DNA of 64,000 nucleotides from Eledone cirrhosa (GCA_964016885.1 OZ024759.1:11594001-11658000), one strand, 5' to 3'; counted from the stretch's first letter, positions 14,480-26,908 are shown. A program made the numbers and translations. Notes: generated by a model from the sequence alone, not told the origin.

Positions 14480-15195
14480 GTGGTAGGTGGTAGTGATGGT
14501 GCGGTGGTGTTAGTCAGGTGGTGGTGTTAGTGGTGTGGTGGTGGGGTGGTGTTAGTGGTCAGGTGGTGGTGGGTGGTGTTAGTGACGTGGTGGTCAGGTG
14601 GTGTTAGTGGCATGGTGAGGTGGTGATGGTGGGGTGGTGTTAGTGACGTGGTGGGGTGGTGTTAGTGACGTGGTGGTCAGGTGGTGTTAGTGGCATGGTC
14701 AGGTGGTGGTGGGGTGGTGTTAGTGACGTGGTGGTCAGGTGGTGTTAGTGGCATGGTAAGGTGGTGATGGTGGGGTGGTGTTAGTGACGTGGTGGGGTGG
14801 TGTTAGTGACGTGGTGGTCAGGTGGTGTTAGTGGCATGGTCAGGTGGTGGTGGTGGGGTGGTGTTAGTGACGTGGTGGTCAGGTGGTGTTAGTGGCATGG
14901 TCAGGTGGTGGTGGTGGGGTGGTGTTAGTGACGTGGTGGTCAGGTGGTGTTAGTGGCATGGTGAGGTGGTGATGGTGGGGTGGTGTTAGTGACGTGGTGG
15001 GGTGGTGTTAGTGACGTGGTGGTCAGGTGGTGTTAGTGGCATGGTCAGGTGGTGGTGGTGTTAGTGACGTGGTGATGGAATGGTGTTAGTGATGTGGTGG
15101 TCAGGTGCTGGTGGGGTGGTGTTAGCGACGTGGTGGTCAGGTGGTGCTAGTGACATGGTGAGGTGAGGTGGTGGGTGGTGTTAGTGACGTGGTCG
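14480..15195. repeat. GGT-rich compound minisatellite
   Basis: Recurrent gtggtgttagtgacgtggtggtcag / gttagtggcatggt units. Confidence 0.8.
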
Positions 15196-16089
15196 GAAGG
15201 CGGAGGGATGGAAGATTTGTAGGAGTGATATGATATCCAACGAGGAAACTCCCTTTTAGATGTATGAGAACATTTTTTTGAGTTTGTGGATAGCGTTGGT
15301 GTTGTGGGAGGGTGAGTTTGTGTTTATGACAGGGCATTTAAAAGTAATGGTTGTATATCTATGGTAGAGTTGTAAGAGTAGAGGTTTACTGGGAACAAGT
15401 GATATCAAACAAGGAAATTCTCTTTTGTATTTAATCTCTGAGATTTATATATATCTATTCAACTGTAAACATAACTGCTTTCCACATCATTTTCTATATT
15501 CTTTGAACATGATTTGAAAACATTAAGATATTAATGTAGTTATTCATAATATTTGTTTTCAAGACAAAAAAAAAACCGATAGATTAAGTTTCACAAAGAA
15601 TATCTGAAACGATATTAAAGGTTTTATTGTAAATCTGCTTAACTTGATTTTACTTGGACAATTGTTTGTTTCTTCCAGTGTCTTTTACATTAGTTAGAAT
15701 CATTCTTTATCAAAGTAATATTTTACAAAGCTAATTATTTCGCCTCAGTGTTTATATTCTCTTCCTGTTCCTACAAAACAAAGCTATCTTTTCATTAAGT
15801 CTCAGATATCTTTAGAGAATACAAACTAAGATACTGCTAGTATCTTCACTAATAATTCTCTCATATTAGGAATATTAGGAATTTATTAATATTTAATAAT
15901 AAATAATCGATCAATTTTCCATATGAACAACCTGTAGATCAACTTACCTATATATTAGGACTTTTAATTACTACTTAATTATTCATATTTATATTCATGA
16001 ATCTAAATATGAATCATATTACAGAGGATTGTTGATACATTCAATTGCTTAAGGAATTTAGATTCTTTTGAAATCGGAACTAAATGCTA

Positions 16090-16136
<47 letters not shown>

Positions 16137-16424
16137 AACAAGTAAGGCCTCGACGGCTGAGCTCAAGCCGTTTCGACGGCTAATTCTGGACTGAATGAAA
16201 ATTTATTCTGGTATTTAAATAGCCGAGCTTATCAAGGGGTAATTCCATATATGGTCAAAGAGATAATCACCAGGATTGGTCTCACACACACACACACACA
16301 TTCACACGTGCGTTATGCTCCACCTGGTTCCTTACCACATTTCCTTCGTTATATATATATGTAGGTTTATGTATATATATATGTATATATATATATGTAT
16401 GTATATATATATATGTATTTATAT

Positions 16425-16700
16425 TGAGAAATTAGGAATAAGAGGGATCCGATGCTGATAACTTGAGAGAAGATTACGTTGGTATGGTCATGTGATGCGC
16501 ATGAAAGACGACAGCTGTATAAAAAAGTGCAGTGCAATAAAAATTGATGGAAGTTACAGAGTAGTTAGACCCAGAAAAACCTGGGCCGACATGATAAATT
16601 CTGACCTTGCACACTTGCACCTCTCTAAGACAATGCCACTGGACCAAGATCAGTAATACGCCACACAGTAATACAGAAGACCCGCGTTCCCTATGTGCAA
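16425..16700 (+). mobile_element. Decayed RTE LINE 3' fragment
   Basis: EKLGIRGIRC...RRLRWYGHVMRM...; homologous to 44590-45135. Confidence 0.7.
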
Positions 16701-17395
16701 AAGTTAACCTACAGTCAGTAGGCCCCTCCAAACCAAACCCACATCCCAACTCCATCCTCCCTTTCCTGCCAACACCACCCCTTTCTCTATAAAGTTATGT
16801 TGGTACCACAACATCCAGTCCAGAATAAATGAGGTTGTGTAGGTGTCATGACAAAAAAAAAAAACACAGTCCACGCTGTAAAGTGGCCGTGTAAGTAACG
16901 TGGTAAAAAGTTTCCAGTCCACACTGTAAATGTGGTTGGTGTTAGGAAGGGCATCCAACTGTAGAAAACCTGTCAGGTAGTCCTATATGAGCGAGACACC
17001 GTCATCCGACAAATCTTGCCTCAAGTGGGATAACTCCTGTCTAATCCATGCTAGCGTGGAAGATAGATGTTAAACGATGATGATGATTTATTTATATATC
17101 ATCATCACCATTTTACGTCCATTCTGCCATGCTAGCATGGGTTAGACAGGTTGTCCTGTTGTTGGCAATGCCAGATCGGGTGACCATGTCTTGCTCATAC
17201 GGGAACTGATTTTGGCTTGATTTCTACAGCTGGATGCCCTTCCTAACACCAACAGTGAGTGCTGGGTGCTCTTTTACCATGGTGCCTACACAACTACTGT
17301 ACAGTGTGGGCTGAGTGCTTCTTTGTATATTCAATCAGTTGTACACACATACACATACGTACACACACACACATATATATAGAGAGAGAGAGATA

Positions 17396-17703
17396 GATTT
17401 ATCAAATAATGGTAGTTAAGACGGGATTAAATCACCATAATTGTTTATTGCATTATATATATTTCTGTTACATGGTTATTCATGTGACTTCATCAGGTGC
17501 TTACACAGTCATAGGTGCAGTTATGTAATCACTGTGAGAGAATGCAATAAACAATTATGGTGAATTAATCCCGTCTTAACTACCATTATTTGGTAAAGGA
17601 ATACTCTGTCACTCAATATCCCCTACCTGGGATAAACTACTGACGTGAAGTGCTTTGGGTCACTAGGGCCTGTTTATCATCAGGAAGTTACTACGTAACA
17701 ACT
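17396..17703 (+). mobile_element. HHR-bearing foldback element
   Basis: Arms about 17397-17454 / 17540-17597; right tail begins atactctg and ends in TATATA. Confidence 0.62.
17450..17500 (-). ncRNA. Type I hammerhead ribozyme motif (family A-like, AUA site)
   Basis: Minus strand: gcac-CTGATGA-a-gtcacatg-aataac-catgtaac-a-GAAA-t-atat-ATA-atgc; one mismatch each in stems I and II. Confidence 0.6.
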
Positions 17704-17721
17704 ATATATAGATATAGATAT

Positions 17722-17985
17722 ATCATCATCATCATCATCATCATCATACATCCGCTTTTCCCTACTTGCAAGGGTTGGACGGGTCTTATTCAGCAGAGCA
17801 TCTCTCCACTTGTCACGGTCCTTCGTCATCTCCACCGTGAGCTTCAGCGATCTGAGGTCTGCTCTCACCACCTCCGCTCATGTTTTTCATGGTCTTCCTC
17901 CACTGCGTCTTCCTTCTACTGGGACTTCCTGGCACTTCTTTAGCCAGTGGTCATCCTCAATGCACATCACATGTCCATACCATTA
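17722..17985 (-). mobile_element. RTE LINE 3' end
   Basis: VRADLRSLKLTVEMTKDRDKWRDALL plus (ATG)n tail; homologous to 44880-45135. Confidence 0.78.
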
Positions 17986-19430
17986 TCATCCTATATTATA
18001 GTGGATCTTCAATTGAAAGGTTAAAAGCCAACATGGCCCAGTATTTGCTGTATTTCTATGTCACTTTCTATTCAGATCATCATCATCATCAGATCATCAT
18101 GTAATGTCTGCTTTCCCTGCTAGCATGGGTCAGACATAGATTAATAAACAATATTAAAATAGTTTCTTAAATTAAGAAGTAGGACAATGCTTACATGAAT
18201 ATGTCTGTCTGTGTGGTGGGGGTGGGGGTTGCTGTGTGTGTGGTGGGGGTTGCTGTGTGTGTGGGTGTTGTGTGTGTGTGTGGTAGTGTGGAGGGTGTAG
18301 TGGTGTGGTGGGTTGCTGTGTGTGTGTGTGGAGGGTGTGGTGCGTTGCTGTGAGTGTGGCGGTGTGGTGGGTTGCTGTGTGTGTGTGTGGAGGGTGTGGT
18401 GGTGTGGTGGATTGCTGTGTGTGTGTGTGGTGGTGTGGTGGGTTGCTGTGTGTGTGGAGGGTGTGGTGGTGTGGTGGGTTGCTGTGTGTGTGGAGGGTGT
18501 GGTGGTGTGGTGGGTTGCTGTGTGTGTGGAGGGTGTGGTGGTGTGGTTGGTTGCTGTGTGTGTGGAGGGTGTGGTGGGTTGGTGTGGTGGTGTGGTGGGT
18601 TGCTGTGTGTGTGTGGTGGAGTGTAGAGTGGAATATATTGCTATTACGTTGGCTTTAGTATATATTTTCTATATATTTTGAAATCTATTAATTTATATTA
18701 TCTTTATTTTATTACTTTGTTTTTATTGCTGCCTCAGTTCTCTTTATCAGTTGCTTTATTTTTACTTAATTTGCCATACATTTTTCCAGTTTATGATTAA
18801 CACTTCCGATACCATACTTTCTATTGAAAGACACTGCCCAAGATTTTTCAATTAATTTTTCAAAAATAATCAAACATTTTGAGAGATATTTACTTATATA
18901 AATAATTTTTTTCATTATCAAGTTGTTGTTATTGTGACTTAACAAATATTCTTACATGAAATTATGATGGAAGGTTTTTCAGATAAATATAAACACTTTA
19001 ACCATTTCATCATTATATTTCTTATGAAAGATATTGGCTAAGATTTTCAATTAATTTTTATAATAATCAAATATTTGGAGTGATTTAGTAATATAACTCG
19101 TTATTATGCTAGTGTTTGGAACATAACTTAACAAAGGTTCTTACATAAAATGATGTTTATTTTGGAAAAATATATAAACAATTTAAAAGACAGTTTTGTA
19201 TGATAGAACCAGAGGCAGTTTCAACCAGTTTGGTATCACAAGGGTTAAAACATTTTTCAAAATATGAATTGTTGGTTTTATTTTGAAAAAAAATATTTTG
19301 CCATCTTAAAAAACAAATTTCTTGAAACAAGGTTATTTAGACAACATTGATTATTTTGAATTTGAAATGTAGTTGCCACAGTGTAAATGACAACAATAAT
19401 AGTTGCTCACTCTAAATAATTGTTGAGAAG

Positions 19431-20580
19431 TTAACCCTTTACCATTTACATTACTCTATATATACTATTGCATTTTCACAGTAAAGGCTTTACCTCACAT
19501 AATATATCACATAACATTTACATTACTCTATATATACTATTGTATTGTCACAGTAAAGGTTTTACCTCACGTAATATTTACATTACTCTATATTTACTAT
19601 TGCATTTTCACAGTAAAGGCTTTACCTCACACAATATCTCACATAACATTTACATTACTCTATATATACTATTGTATTTTCACAGTAAAGGCTTTACCTC
19701 ACATAATATCTCACATAACATTTACATTACTCTATATATACTATTGTATTGTCACAGTAAAGGCTTTACCTCACATAATATCTCACATAACATTTACATT
19801 ACTCTATATATACTATTATATTTTCACAGTAAAGGCTTTACCTCACATAATATCTCACATAACATTTACATTACTCTATATATACTATTGTATTGTCACA
19901 GTAAAGACTTTACCTCACAATATCTCACATAACATTTACATTACTCTATATATACTATTGTATTGTCACAGTAAAGACTTTACCTCACATAATATCTCAC
20001 ATAACATTTACATTACTCTATATATACTATTGTATTGTCACAGTAAAGACTTTACCTCACATAATATCTCACATAACATTTACATTACTCTATATATACT
20101 ATTGTATTGTCACAGTAAAGACTTTACCTCACATAATATCTCACATAACATTTACATTACTCTATATATACTATTGTATTTCCACAGTAAAGGCTTTACC
20201 TCACATAATATCTCACATAACATTTACATTACTCTATATATACTATTGTATTTTCACAGTAAAGGCTTTACCTCACATAATACCTCACATAACATTTACA
20301 TTACTCTATATATACTATTATATTTTCACAGTAAAGGCTTTACCTCACATAATATCTCACATAACATTTACATTACTCTATATATACTATTGTATTTTCA
20401 CAGTAAAGGCTTTACCTCACATAATATCTCACATAACATTTACATTACTCTATATATACTATTGTATTTTCACAGTAAAGGCTTTACCTCACATAATATC
20501 TCACATAACATTTACATTACTCTATATATACTATTGTATTTTCACAGTAAAGGCTTTACCTCACATAATATCTCATATAA
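19431..20580. repeat. 72-bp minisatellite (about 16 units) starting at a TTAACCCTTT MITE-like end
   Basis: 24-aa periodic ORF; the first 30 bp have an inverted match near 20815-20843. Confidence 0.85.
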
Positions 20581-20627
20581 TATTGAATCTATGAGATTTT
20601 GATGTTATTTATTTTGAAAACAACACC

Positions 20628-20935
20628 TTAACCCTTTAGTATTTAAACCGGCCATATCTGTCCAGAATTCTCTCACCTCTTTCTGTTCTGACCAGCCATA
20701 AATGGCCACTCATACTGATGTTAAGTTATTGTTCTCAAAATAAATAACATGAAATTCTTGTAGGTGAGATAATTATGTAAGATAAAGCTTTTACCATGAA
20801 AATATAATAGTAAATATAGAGTGATGTACATGGTAAAGGGTTATTGTAGGTATGTGTGGCCAATTGTGGCTGGTTTGAACAGAAATAGGTGAGAGAGGTT
20901 CTGACCGGATATGGCTGGTTTAAATGCTAAAAGTC
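20628..20935. mobile_element. MITE with about 75-bp TIRs beginning TTAACCCTTT (piggyBac-like TTAA ends); orphan end at 14180-14258
   Basis: ttaaccctttagtatttaaaccggccatatc...ctctcacctc vs ggtgagaga...gatatggctggtttaaatgctaaaag. Confidence 0.55.
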
Positions 20936-21455
20936 TTCTAGACTTTTGTCCATCTACAGGGATACATTACATAATTTTCTTATTTATAGCAATGAAGGGA
21001 AGTGATATTTGTTCCAGCTCTTTATATTCTTAGTTCAAATCTGACCAAAGCCATAAGGTTTGATAAAATACCAGTCATGCACTGGGGTTCAATATAACTG
21101 GCTTACCCCTGATATTGCTGGCCTTGTGCCTAAATTAGCAACCATTATTTATAGGGTGGTGGAATGGCGGTAAAATGGGTAGAGTGTTTAACGCTGAGGT
21201 TAGCTTAGCCTTTCATCCTTATGAGGTCGACAAAACAAAGTAGCAGTAATGCACTGGGGCCGATATAATCAACACGCCCCTTCATTCAAATTGCTGGCCT
21301 TGTGCCTGAATCAGAACCCATTATTTACAGTGATCAACTACTATTATAGTCATTTACATCAGGAGAACTACCATATTTGAAATGAAAATTTGTTTGACCA
21401 ATGTTTCTTAATCAAATTATCTGAATAAATGAATAAATAAATAATTAAATAATTA

Positions 21456-21494
21456 TCACTGATGATGTCACAGATGTATGACAAAAGAGCTCTG

Positions 21495-21495
<1 letters not shown>
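21456..21495 (+). ncRNA. Degenerate minimal hammerhead motif, family E (GAAA mutated to AAAA)
   Basis: tca-CTGATGA-t-gtca-cagatgta-tgac-AAAA-gagctc-tga, immediately upstream of (TA)n. Confidence 0.45.
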
Positions 21496-21533
<38 letters not shown>

Positions 21534-21541
<8 letters not shown>

Positions 21542-21770
21542 TAAAATAACAGATTAAAGTTTAAGCAAAGAATCGCTGCTTTCACCCTTAACGCGCTCCT
21601 CTGAAACTCTGAGTTTCAGAGGATCCCGTTAAGGGTGAAAGCAGCGATTCTTTGCTTAAACTTTAATCTGTTATTTTAATAAATATTTGCTCTACGGTTC
21701 TTATATATTTGATATATATTTATCCTTATCGAGCCCTCTTTGGATTTTAGTCTTCAAATTTATTACTATA
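21534..21770 (+). mobile_element. Near-perfect hairpin element, family D; a second non-foldback copy lies at 40500-40660 (-)
   Basis: Arms about 21534-21609 / 21611-21686 with a 1-nt centre; tail on the right; inserted in (TA)n. Confidence 0.7.
21611..21663 (+). ncRNA. Type I hammerhead-like motif, family D (U4A core variant, CUU site)
   Basis: gagttt-CAGAGGA-t-ccc-gttaa-ggg-t-GAAA-gca-gcgattctt-tgc-TT-aaactt. Confidence 0.55.
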
Positions 21771-22048
21771 TACATATATATATATATAATTGGGAAGAGA
21801 TATATTAGATATGTCTCATATGAAATAATACAGCCAATTTTCCACGCAATACTTTTAGTTAGCACCCCGAACACATAATTGGGAATATAATCACTTATTT
21901 CCTAATGTTTGTTGAGTGAGTTGGAATTTGGCCGGAGTATCGCTGAAAAGCTTTCTCCGATATTGTATTTATATATATAATATCTATATTTTTAATTATT
22001 GGTTAATCAATGATAAACATTGATTGCCAGCTAAATTACTTAAAGAAA

Positions 22049-24037
22049 TATAAAATATACTGAAGTGAAAACCAGCCCCAACTAAACAGCGAGTGTGTTT
22101 TACTATATATTTCTGGCAATATAAAATATACTGAAGCAAAAACTAGCCCCAACTAAACAGTGAATGTGTTTTACTATATATTTCTGGCAATATAAAATAT
22201 ACTGAAGCAAAAACCAGCCCCAACTAAACAGTGAGTGTGTTTTACTATATATTTCTGGCAATATAAAATATACTGAAGCAAAAACTAGCCCCAACTAAAC
22301 AGTGAGTGTGTTTTACTATATATTTCTGGCAATATAAAATATACTGAAGCAAAAACCAGCCCCAACTAAACAGTGAGTGTGTTTTACTATATATTTCTGG
22401 CAATATAAAATATACTGAAGCAAAAACTAGCCCCAACTAAACAGTGAGTGTGTTTTACTATATATTTCTGGCAATATAAAATATACTGAAGCAAAAACCA
22501 GCCCCAACTAAACAGTGAGTGTGTTTTACTATATATTTCTGGCAATATAAAATATACTGAAGCAAAAACTAGCCCCAACTAAACAGTGAGTGTGTTTTAC
22601 TATATATTTCTGGCAATATAAAATATACTGAAGCAAAAACCAGCCCCAACTAAACAGTGAGTGTGTTTTACTATATATTTCTGGCAATATAAAATATACT
22701 GAAGCAAAAACCAGCCCCAACTAAACAGTGAGTGTGTTTTACTATATATTTCTGGCAATATAAAATATACTGAAGCAAAAACCAGCCCCAACTAAACAGT
22801 GAGTGTGTTTTACTATATATTTCTGGCAATATAAAATATACTGAAGCAAAAACCAGCCCCAACTAAACAGTGAGTGTGTTTTACTATATATTTCTGGCAA
22901 TATAAAATATACTGAAGCAAAAACCAGCCCCAACTAAACAGTGAGTGTGTTTTACTATATATTTCTGGCAATATAAAATATACTGAAGCAAAAACTAGCC
23001 CCAACTAAACAGTGAGTGTGTTTTACTATATATTTCTGGCAATATAAAATATACTGAAGCAAAAACCAGCCCCAACTAAACAGTGAGTGTGTTTTACTAT
23101 ATATTTCTGGCAATATAAAATATACTGAAGCAAAAACCAGCCCCAACTAAACAGTGAGTGTGTTTTACTATATATTTCTGGCAATATAAAATATACTGAA
23201 GCAAAAACCAGCCCCAACTAAACAGTGAGTGTGTTTTACTATATATTTCTGGCAATATAAAATATACTGAAGCAAAAACCAGCCCCAACTAAACAGTGAG
23301 TGTGTTTTACTATATATTTCTGGCAATATAAAATATACTGAAGCAAAAACCAGCCCCAACTAAACAGTGAGTGTGTTTTACTATATATTTCTGGCAATAT
23401 AAAATATACTGAAGCAAAAACCAGCCCCAACTAAACAGTGAGTGTGTTTTACTATATATTTCTGGCAATATAAAATATACTGAAGCAAAAACCAGCCCCA
23501 ACTAAACAGTGAGTGTGTTTTACTATATATTTCTGGCAATATAAAATATACTGAAGCAAAAACCAGCCCCAACTAAACAGTGAGTGTGTTTTACTATATA
23601 TTTCTGGCAATATAAAATATACTGAAGCAAAAACCAGCCCCAACTAAACAGTGAGTGTGTTTTACTATATATTTCTGGCAATATAAAATATACTGAAGCA
23701 AAAACCAGCCCCAACTAAACAGTGAGTGTGTTTTACTATATATTTCTGGCAATATAAAATATACTGAAGCAAAAACCAGCCCCAACTAAACAGTGAGTGT
23801 GTTTTACTATATATTTCTGGCAATATAAAATATACTGAAGCAAAAACCAGCCCCAACTAAACAGTGAGTGTGTTTTACTATATATTTCTGGCAATATAAA
23901 ATATACTGAAGTGAAAACTAGCCCCAACTAAACAGTGAGTGTGTTTTACTATATATTTCTGGCAATATAAAATATACTGAAGCAAAAACCAGCCCCAACT
24001 AAACAGTGAGTGTGTTTTACTATATATTTCTGGCAAT
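22049..24037. repeat. 71-bp minisatellite, about 28 near-identical units, derived from family E foldback arm
   Basis: ORFs recur every 71 bp; unit gaagcaaaaacca...aacagtgagtgtgtt...ttctggcaatat matches 63001-63055. Confidence 0.92.
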
Positions 24038-24126
24038 ATTATAACAACATGACCATCACCAAATATAACATTTAAATAACTGATTAATTAATGAATTAAT
24101 TATTTCTGAAAATGCTTTACTTGTAG

Positions 24127-24406
24127 CTGGTATGTCTGAAGATAGTGACTATACAAGTGATGTCAATTTTCCCGTACAACATCAACATAACAGTTCGGCC
24201 CACCAGTTTCGAGGAGACCACGGATTCAGAATGCAGCACGAAGACAGTAAAGAGTACTTTGAATCATTTGACAGAGGCTATGAACGAGAACCTGACTACT
24301 ACGAAGATGGTGGAGTATATTACCCTGGTAGAAGTGATACTGACTCTGAGCCTCTCTACTATAATAGCAGACCCAATAGTAGACCACAATCTTTCATTAA
24401 TGATAG
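24127..24406 (+). CDS. unc-13: Internal coding exon (280 nt, phase 1 to phase 2) of a probable unc-13/Munc13 gene, region following the N-terminal C2A domain
   Basis: Acceptor ttacttgtAG|CT at 24126/7 and donor GATAG|GTAGGT at 24406/7. Complex open frame GMSEDSDYTSDVNFPVQHQHNSSAHQF...SFIND. The DSDYTSD..NSSAHQF motif resembles, from memory, the DSDYRSE...NASVHQY segment of vertebrate UNC13A and invertebrate Unc-13; needs BLAST confirmation. Confidence 0.72.
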
Positions 24407-24839
24407 GTAGGTAGGAAGGAGGAGGAGGCTGGGAGCATCAGCATCTTTAGTGTCATCTTCTTTATTCATTTTCTTCATCATCATCATCATCATCATCATT
24501 GTTGTTATCATTATCATCACTATCACCATCATCATCATCATCATCATTGTTGTCATTATCATCACTATCATCATCATCATCATCATCGTTATCATTATCA
24601 TCATCATCATCATCATCGTTATCATTATCATCACTATCATCATCATCATCGTTATCATTATCATCATCATCATCATCATCATTGTTATCATCACTATCAC
24701 CATCATCATCATCATCATCATTGTTGTCATTATCATCACTATCATCATCATCATCATCATCGTTATCATTATCATCATCATCATCATCATCATTGTTATC
24801 ATTATCATCACTATCATCATCATCATCATCGTTATCATT

Positions 24840-24871
<32 letters not shown>

Positions 24872-24890
24872 TGTTATCATTATCATCACT

Positions 24891-24922
<32 letters not shown>

Positions 24923-24938
24923 TGTTATCATTATCATT

Positions 24939-25122
24939 GGATTGGCAGTATCGGTAGAGGGTCGGACGCCATGTTTTGACGCATAGAGTTACGGCCCTTG
25001 CCATTCTGAGTTCAAATCCCGCCGAGGTTAACTTTGCCTTTCATCCTTACAGGGGTCGATGAAATAAAGTACCAGTAATGCACTGGGGTAATTGCTGGCC
25101 TTGTGCCAAAAGTAGAAACAAT
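24939..25122 (+). mobile_element. SINE family 1; further full or partial copies near 3470-3745, 21040-21320, 30765-30950, 32600-32760 (-), 34300-34520, 50004-50170, 51715-51812, 57720-58050, 58459-58650, 61078-61270 and 61871-62020
   Basis: Same head, core and ggccttgtgcc(a/t)aaagtagaaacaatt(att)n tail. Confidence 0.85.
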
Positions 25123-25337
25123 TGTCATCAATGTCACCATCATCATCATCATCAATGTCATCATCATCATCACCATTACTGTCATCATCATCATCACCAT
25201 CAATGTCACCATCATCATCATCATCAATGTCATCATCAACACTGTCATCATCACCATCATCATTACCATCACTGTTGTCATCTTTCTCATTTCTATGGCT
25301 GGATTCCCTTTCTGACATCGAACACCTTACATTGTGT

Positions 25338-25405
<68 letters not shown>

Positions 25406-25409
25406 TATA

Positions 25410-25742
25410 TGTGTGTCTGATGGAAGCTAAGATGCTTCCATAGGCGGTATGCTGGTTGAGCACTCTATGCTCTTACAGAGCAGAGTATGATGTAATAGAA
25501 AACGAAAAATCAGTGGTGCATCTGAACTCAATTAATTGTGTGTTACAATTGTTTCCCCGGCAGACAGCTCGAGACGCGATCATTGTGAGAGAATATGCTC
25601 CGAAATCATTAGACATGTCTGTCGAACCTGCAGGTCCAGAATCAGACAGATCCACACAATGATCCCGTCTCGAGCTGTCTGCCGGGGAAACAATTGTAAC
25701 ACACAATAAATTGAGTTCAGATGCATCACTGATTTTTCGTTT

Positions 25743-25749
<7 letters not shown>
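25410..25749 (-). mobile_element. HHR-bearing foldback element, family B
   Basis: Arms about 25491-25587 / 25653-25749, tail on the left, between two (TA)n tracts. Confidence 0.7.
25538..25619 (-). ncRNA. Degenerate hammerhead motif, family B (CTAATGA core)
   Basis: Minus strand: gacatgt-CTAATGA-tttcgg...ccggg-GAAAC-aatt-GTA-acacac. Confidence 0.5.
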
Positions 25750-25797
<48 letters not shown>

Positions 25798-25880
25798 GAT
25801 AAGCAGAACAAGCAAAATTCAACCAATTTTTTAAAACAAAATTAAAAAAAATATAATTTAAATATTTACCTATTCTTTTG

Positions 25881-25962
25881 GCCCTTACCGATCGTTTTCG
25901 CTTTGTAAAACACCAGAAATCCAATGGATTTCCAATGGAAAATCAAAGCTCATCAGAGAAGC
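25881..25962 (-). ncRNA. Type I hammerhead ribozyme motif, separate family, 50-nt stem II region
   Basis: Minus strand: gcttct-CTGATGA-gctttg...caaagc-GAAA-a-cgatcg-GTA-agggc; perfect 6-bp stem II base, palindromic CGATCG. Confidence 0.6.
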
Positions 25963-26294
25963 ATTTTCCTTCCTAGGGCTAAAGACCCAGGAACGATAAA
26001 ATATATTGTTATCTGCCAGCTAGCACAGATTCGAAAGGCCGAAAAATGACCTGTACGTGAACAGCCCGAGGTGAAAGCGGGAAAAGCATAGACGTGTTGT
26101 CTATCTCGTTACTAAAAATAGCAGCTAAATATAAACAACAGATTTGTTCTCAACATAACGGAGAATAATAATAGAAGAAATTAATATGCCCGTGGGTACT
26201 AAGTACCCCTGGAAATATATAGGTTGTCTATGATTTAAGGTTGTTCTATGGTATTAATTTGACATACCAGAACTATTTTCCATTGGAAATATTT

Positions 26295-26359
<65 letters not shown>

Positions 26360-26434
26360 TTGATGTCTTCCAAAAGTAACGGTTGCATTTTGAAAGGGTA
26401 CGTCAATGTTTATTTATAAAACTGGTATATATTG

Positions 26435-26499
26435 TATTTTGTCTGATGAAAGCATACCATAATTTAACATGGTATCCTTGAAATATGTATAATAAAATA
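26435..26499 (+). ncRNA. Type I hammerhead ribozyme motif, family A
   Basis: tattttgt-CTGATGA-aagcataccat-aatttaac-atggtatcctt-GAAA-t-atgt-ATA-ataaaata. Confidence 0.75.
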
Positions 26500-26538
26500 G
26501 ATATGGTTTTATAAATATAGTTTCCATTTGTTAATATC

Positions 26539-26569
<31 letters not shown>

Positions 26570-26574
<5 letters not shown>

Positions 26575-26908
26575 AGATTTGAATGGATACAGTTTAGTTG
26601 AAAGGAATTTATTGACACGTGTTTCTATAACAGTTACATAACCTGAAAACAGCTGCTATCTACAAAGTTTTAGTTATGCAGACATTCAATATTTCAATGT
26701 TATTATTTACTGTCATTTCATCAGGTTATGTAACTGTTATAGAAACACGTGTCAATAAATTCCTTTCAACTAAACTGTATCCATTCAAATCTTTCTATTT
26801 TTCTCCGGATTACTTTTGGAACTACAACTGGAACCGTCGAGCAAACTCTACGTGAGCTGATAATCTACTGTGTGTAATATTTATATTACAACACAACAGA
26901 AAATACTG
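26570..26908 (+). mobile_element. Foldback element in (TA)n with a half-hammerhead (GAAAC-ACGT-GTC) in its arms
   Basis: About 77-bp near-perfect arms 26570-26646 / 26721-26797, right-hand tail. Confidence 0.6.

Noticed and set aside
14480-15195. Telomere-like TTAG/GGT repeats
   Set aside because: No TTAGGG or TTAGG tandem; compound GGT-rich minisatellite.
22049-24037. CRISPR-like regular array or repeated 63-aa ORFs
   Set aside because: Units are contiguous and near-identical with no unique spacers; eukaryotic minisatellite.
24132-24410. Standalone 92-aa gene
   Set aside because: The frame is bounded by good splice sites and the stop codon lies within the donor site, so it is an internal exon.
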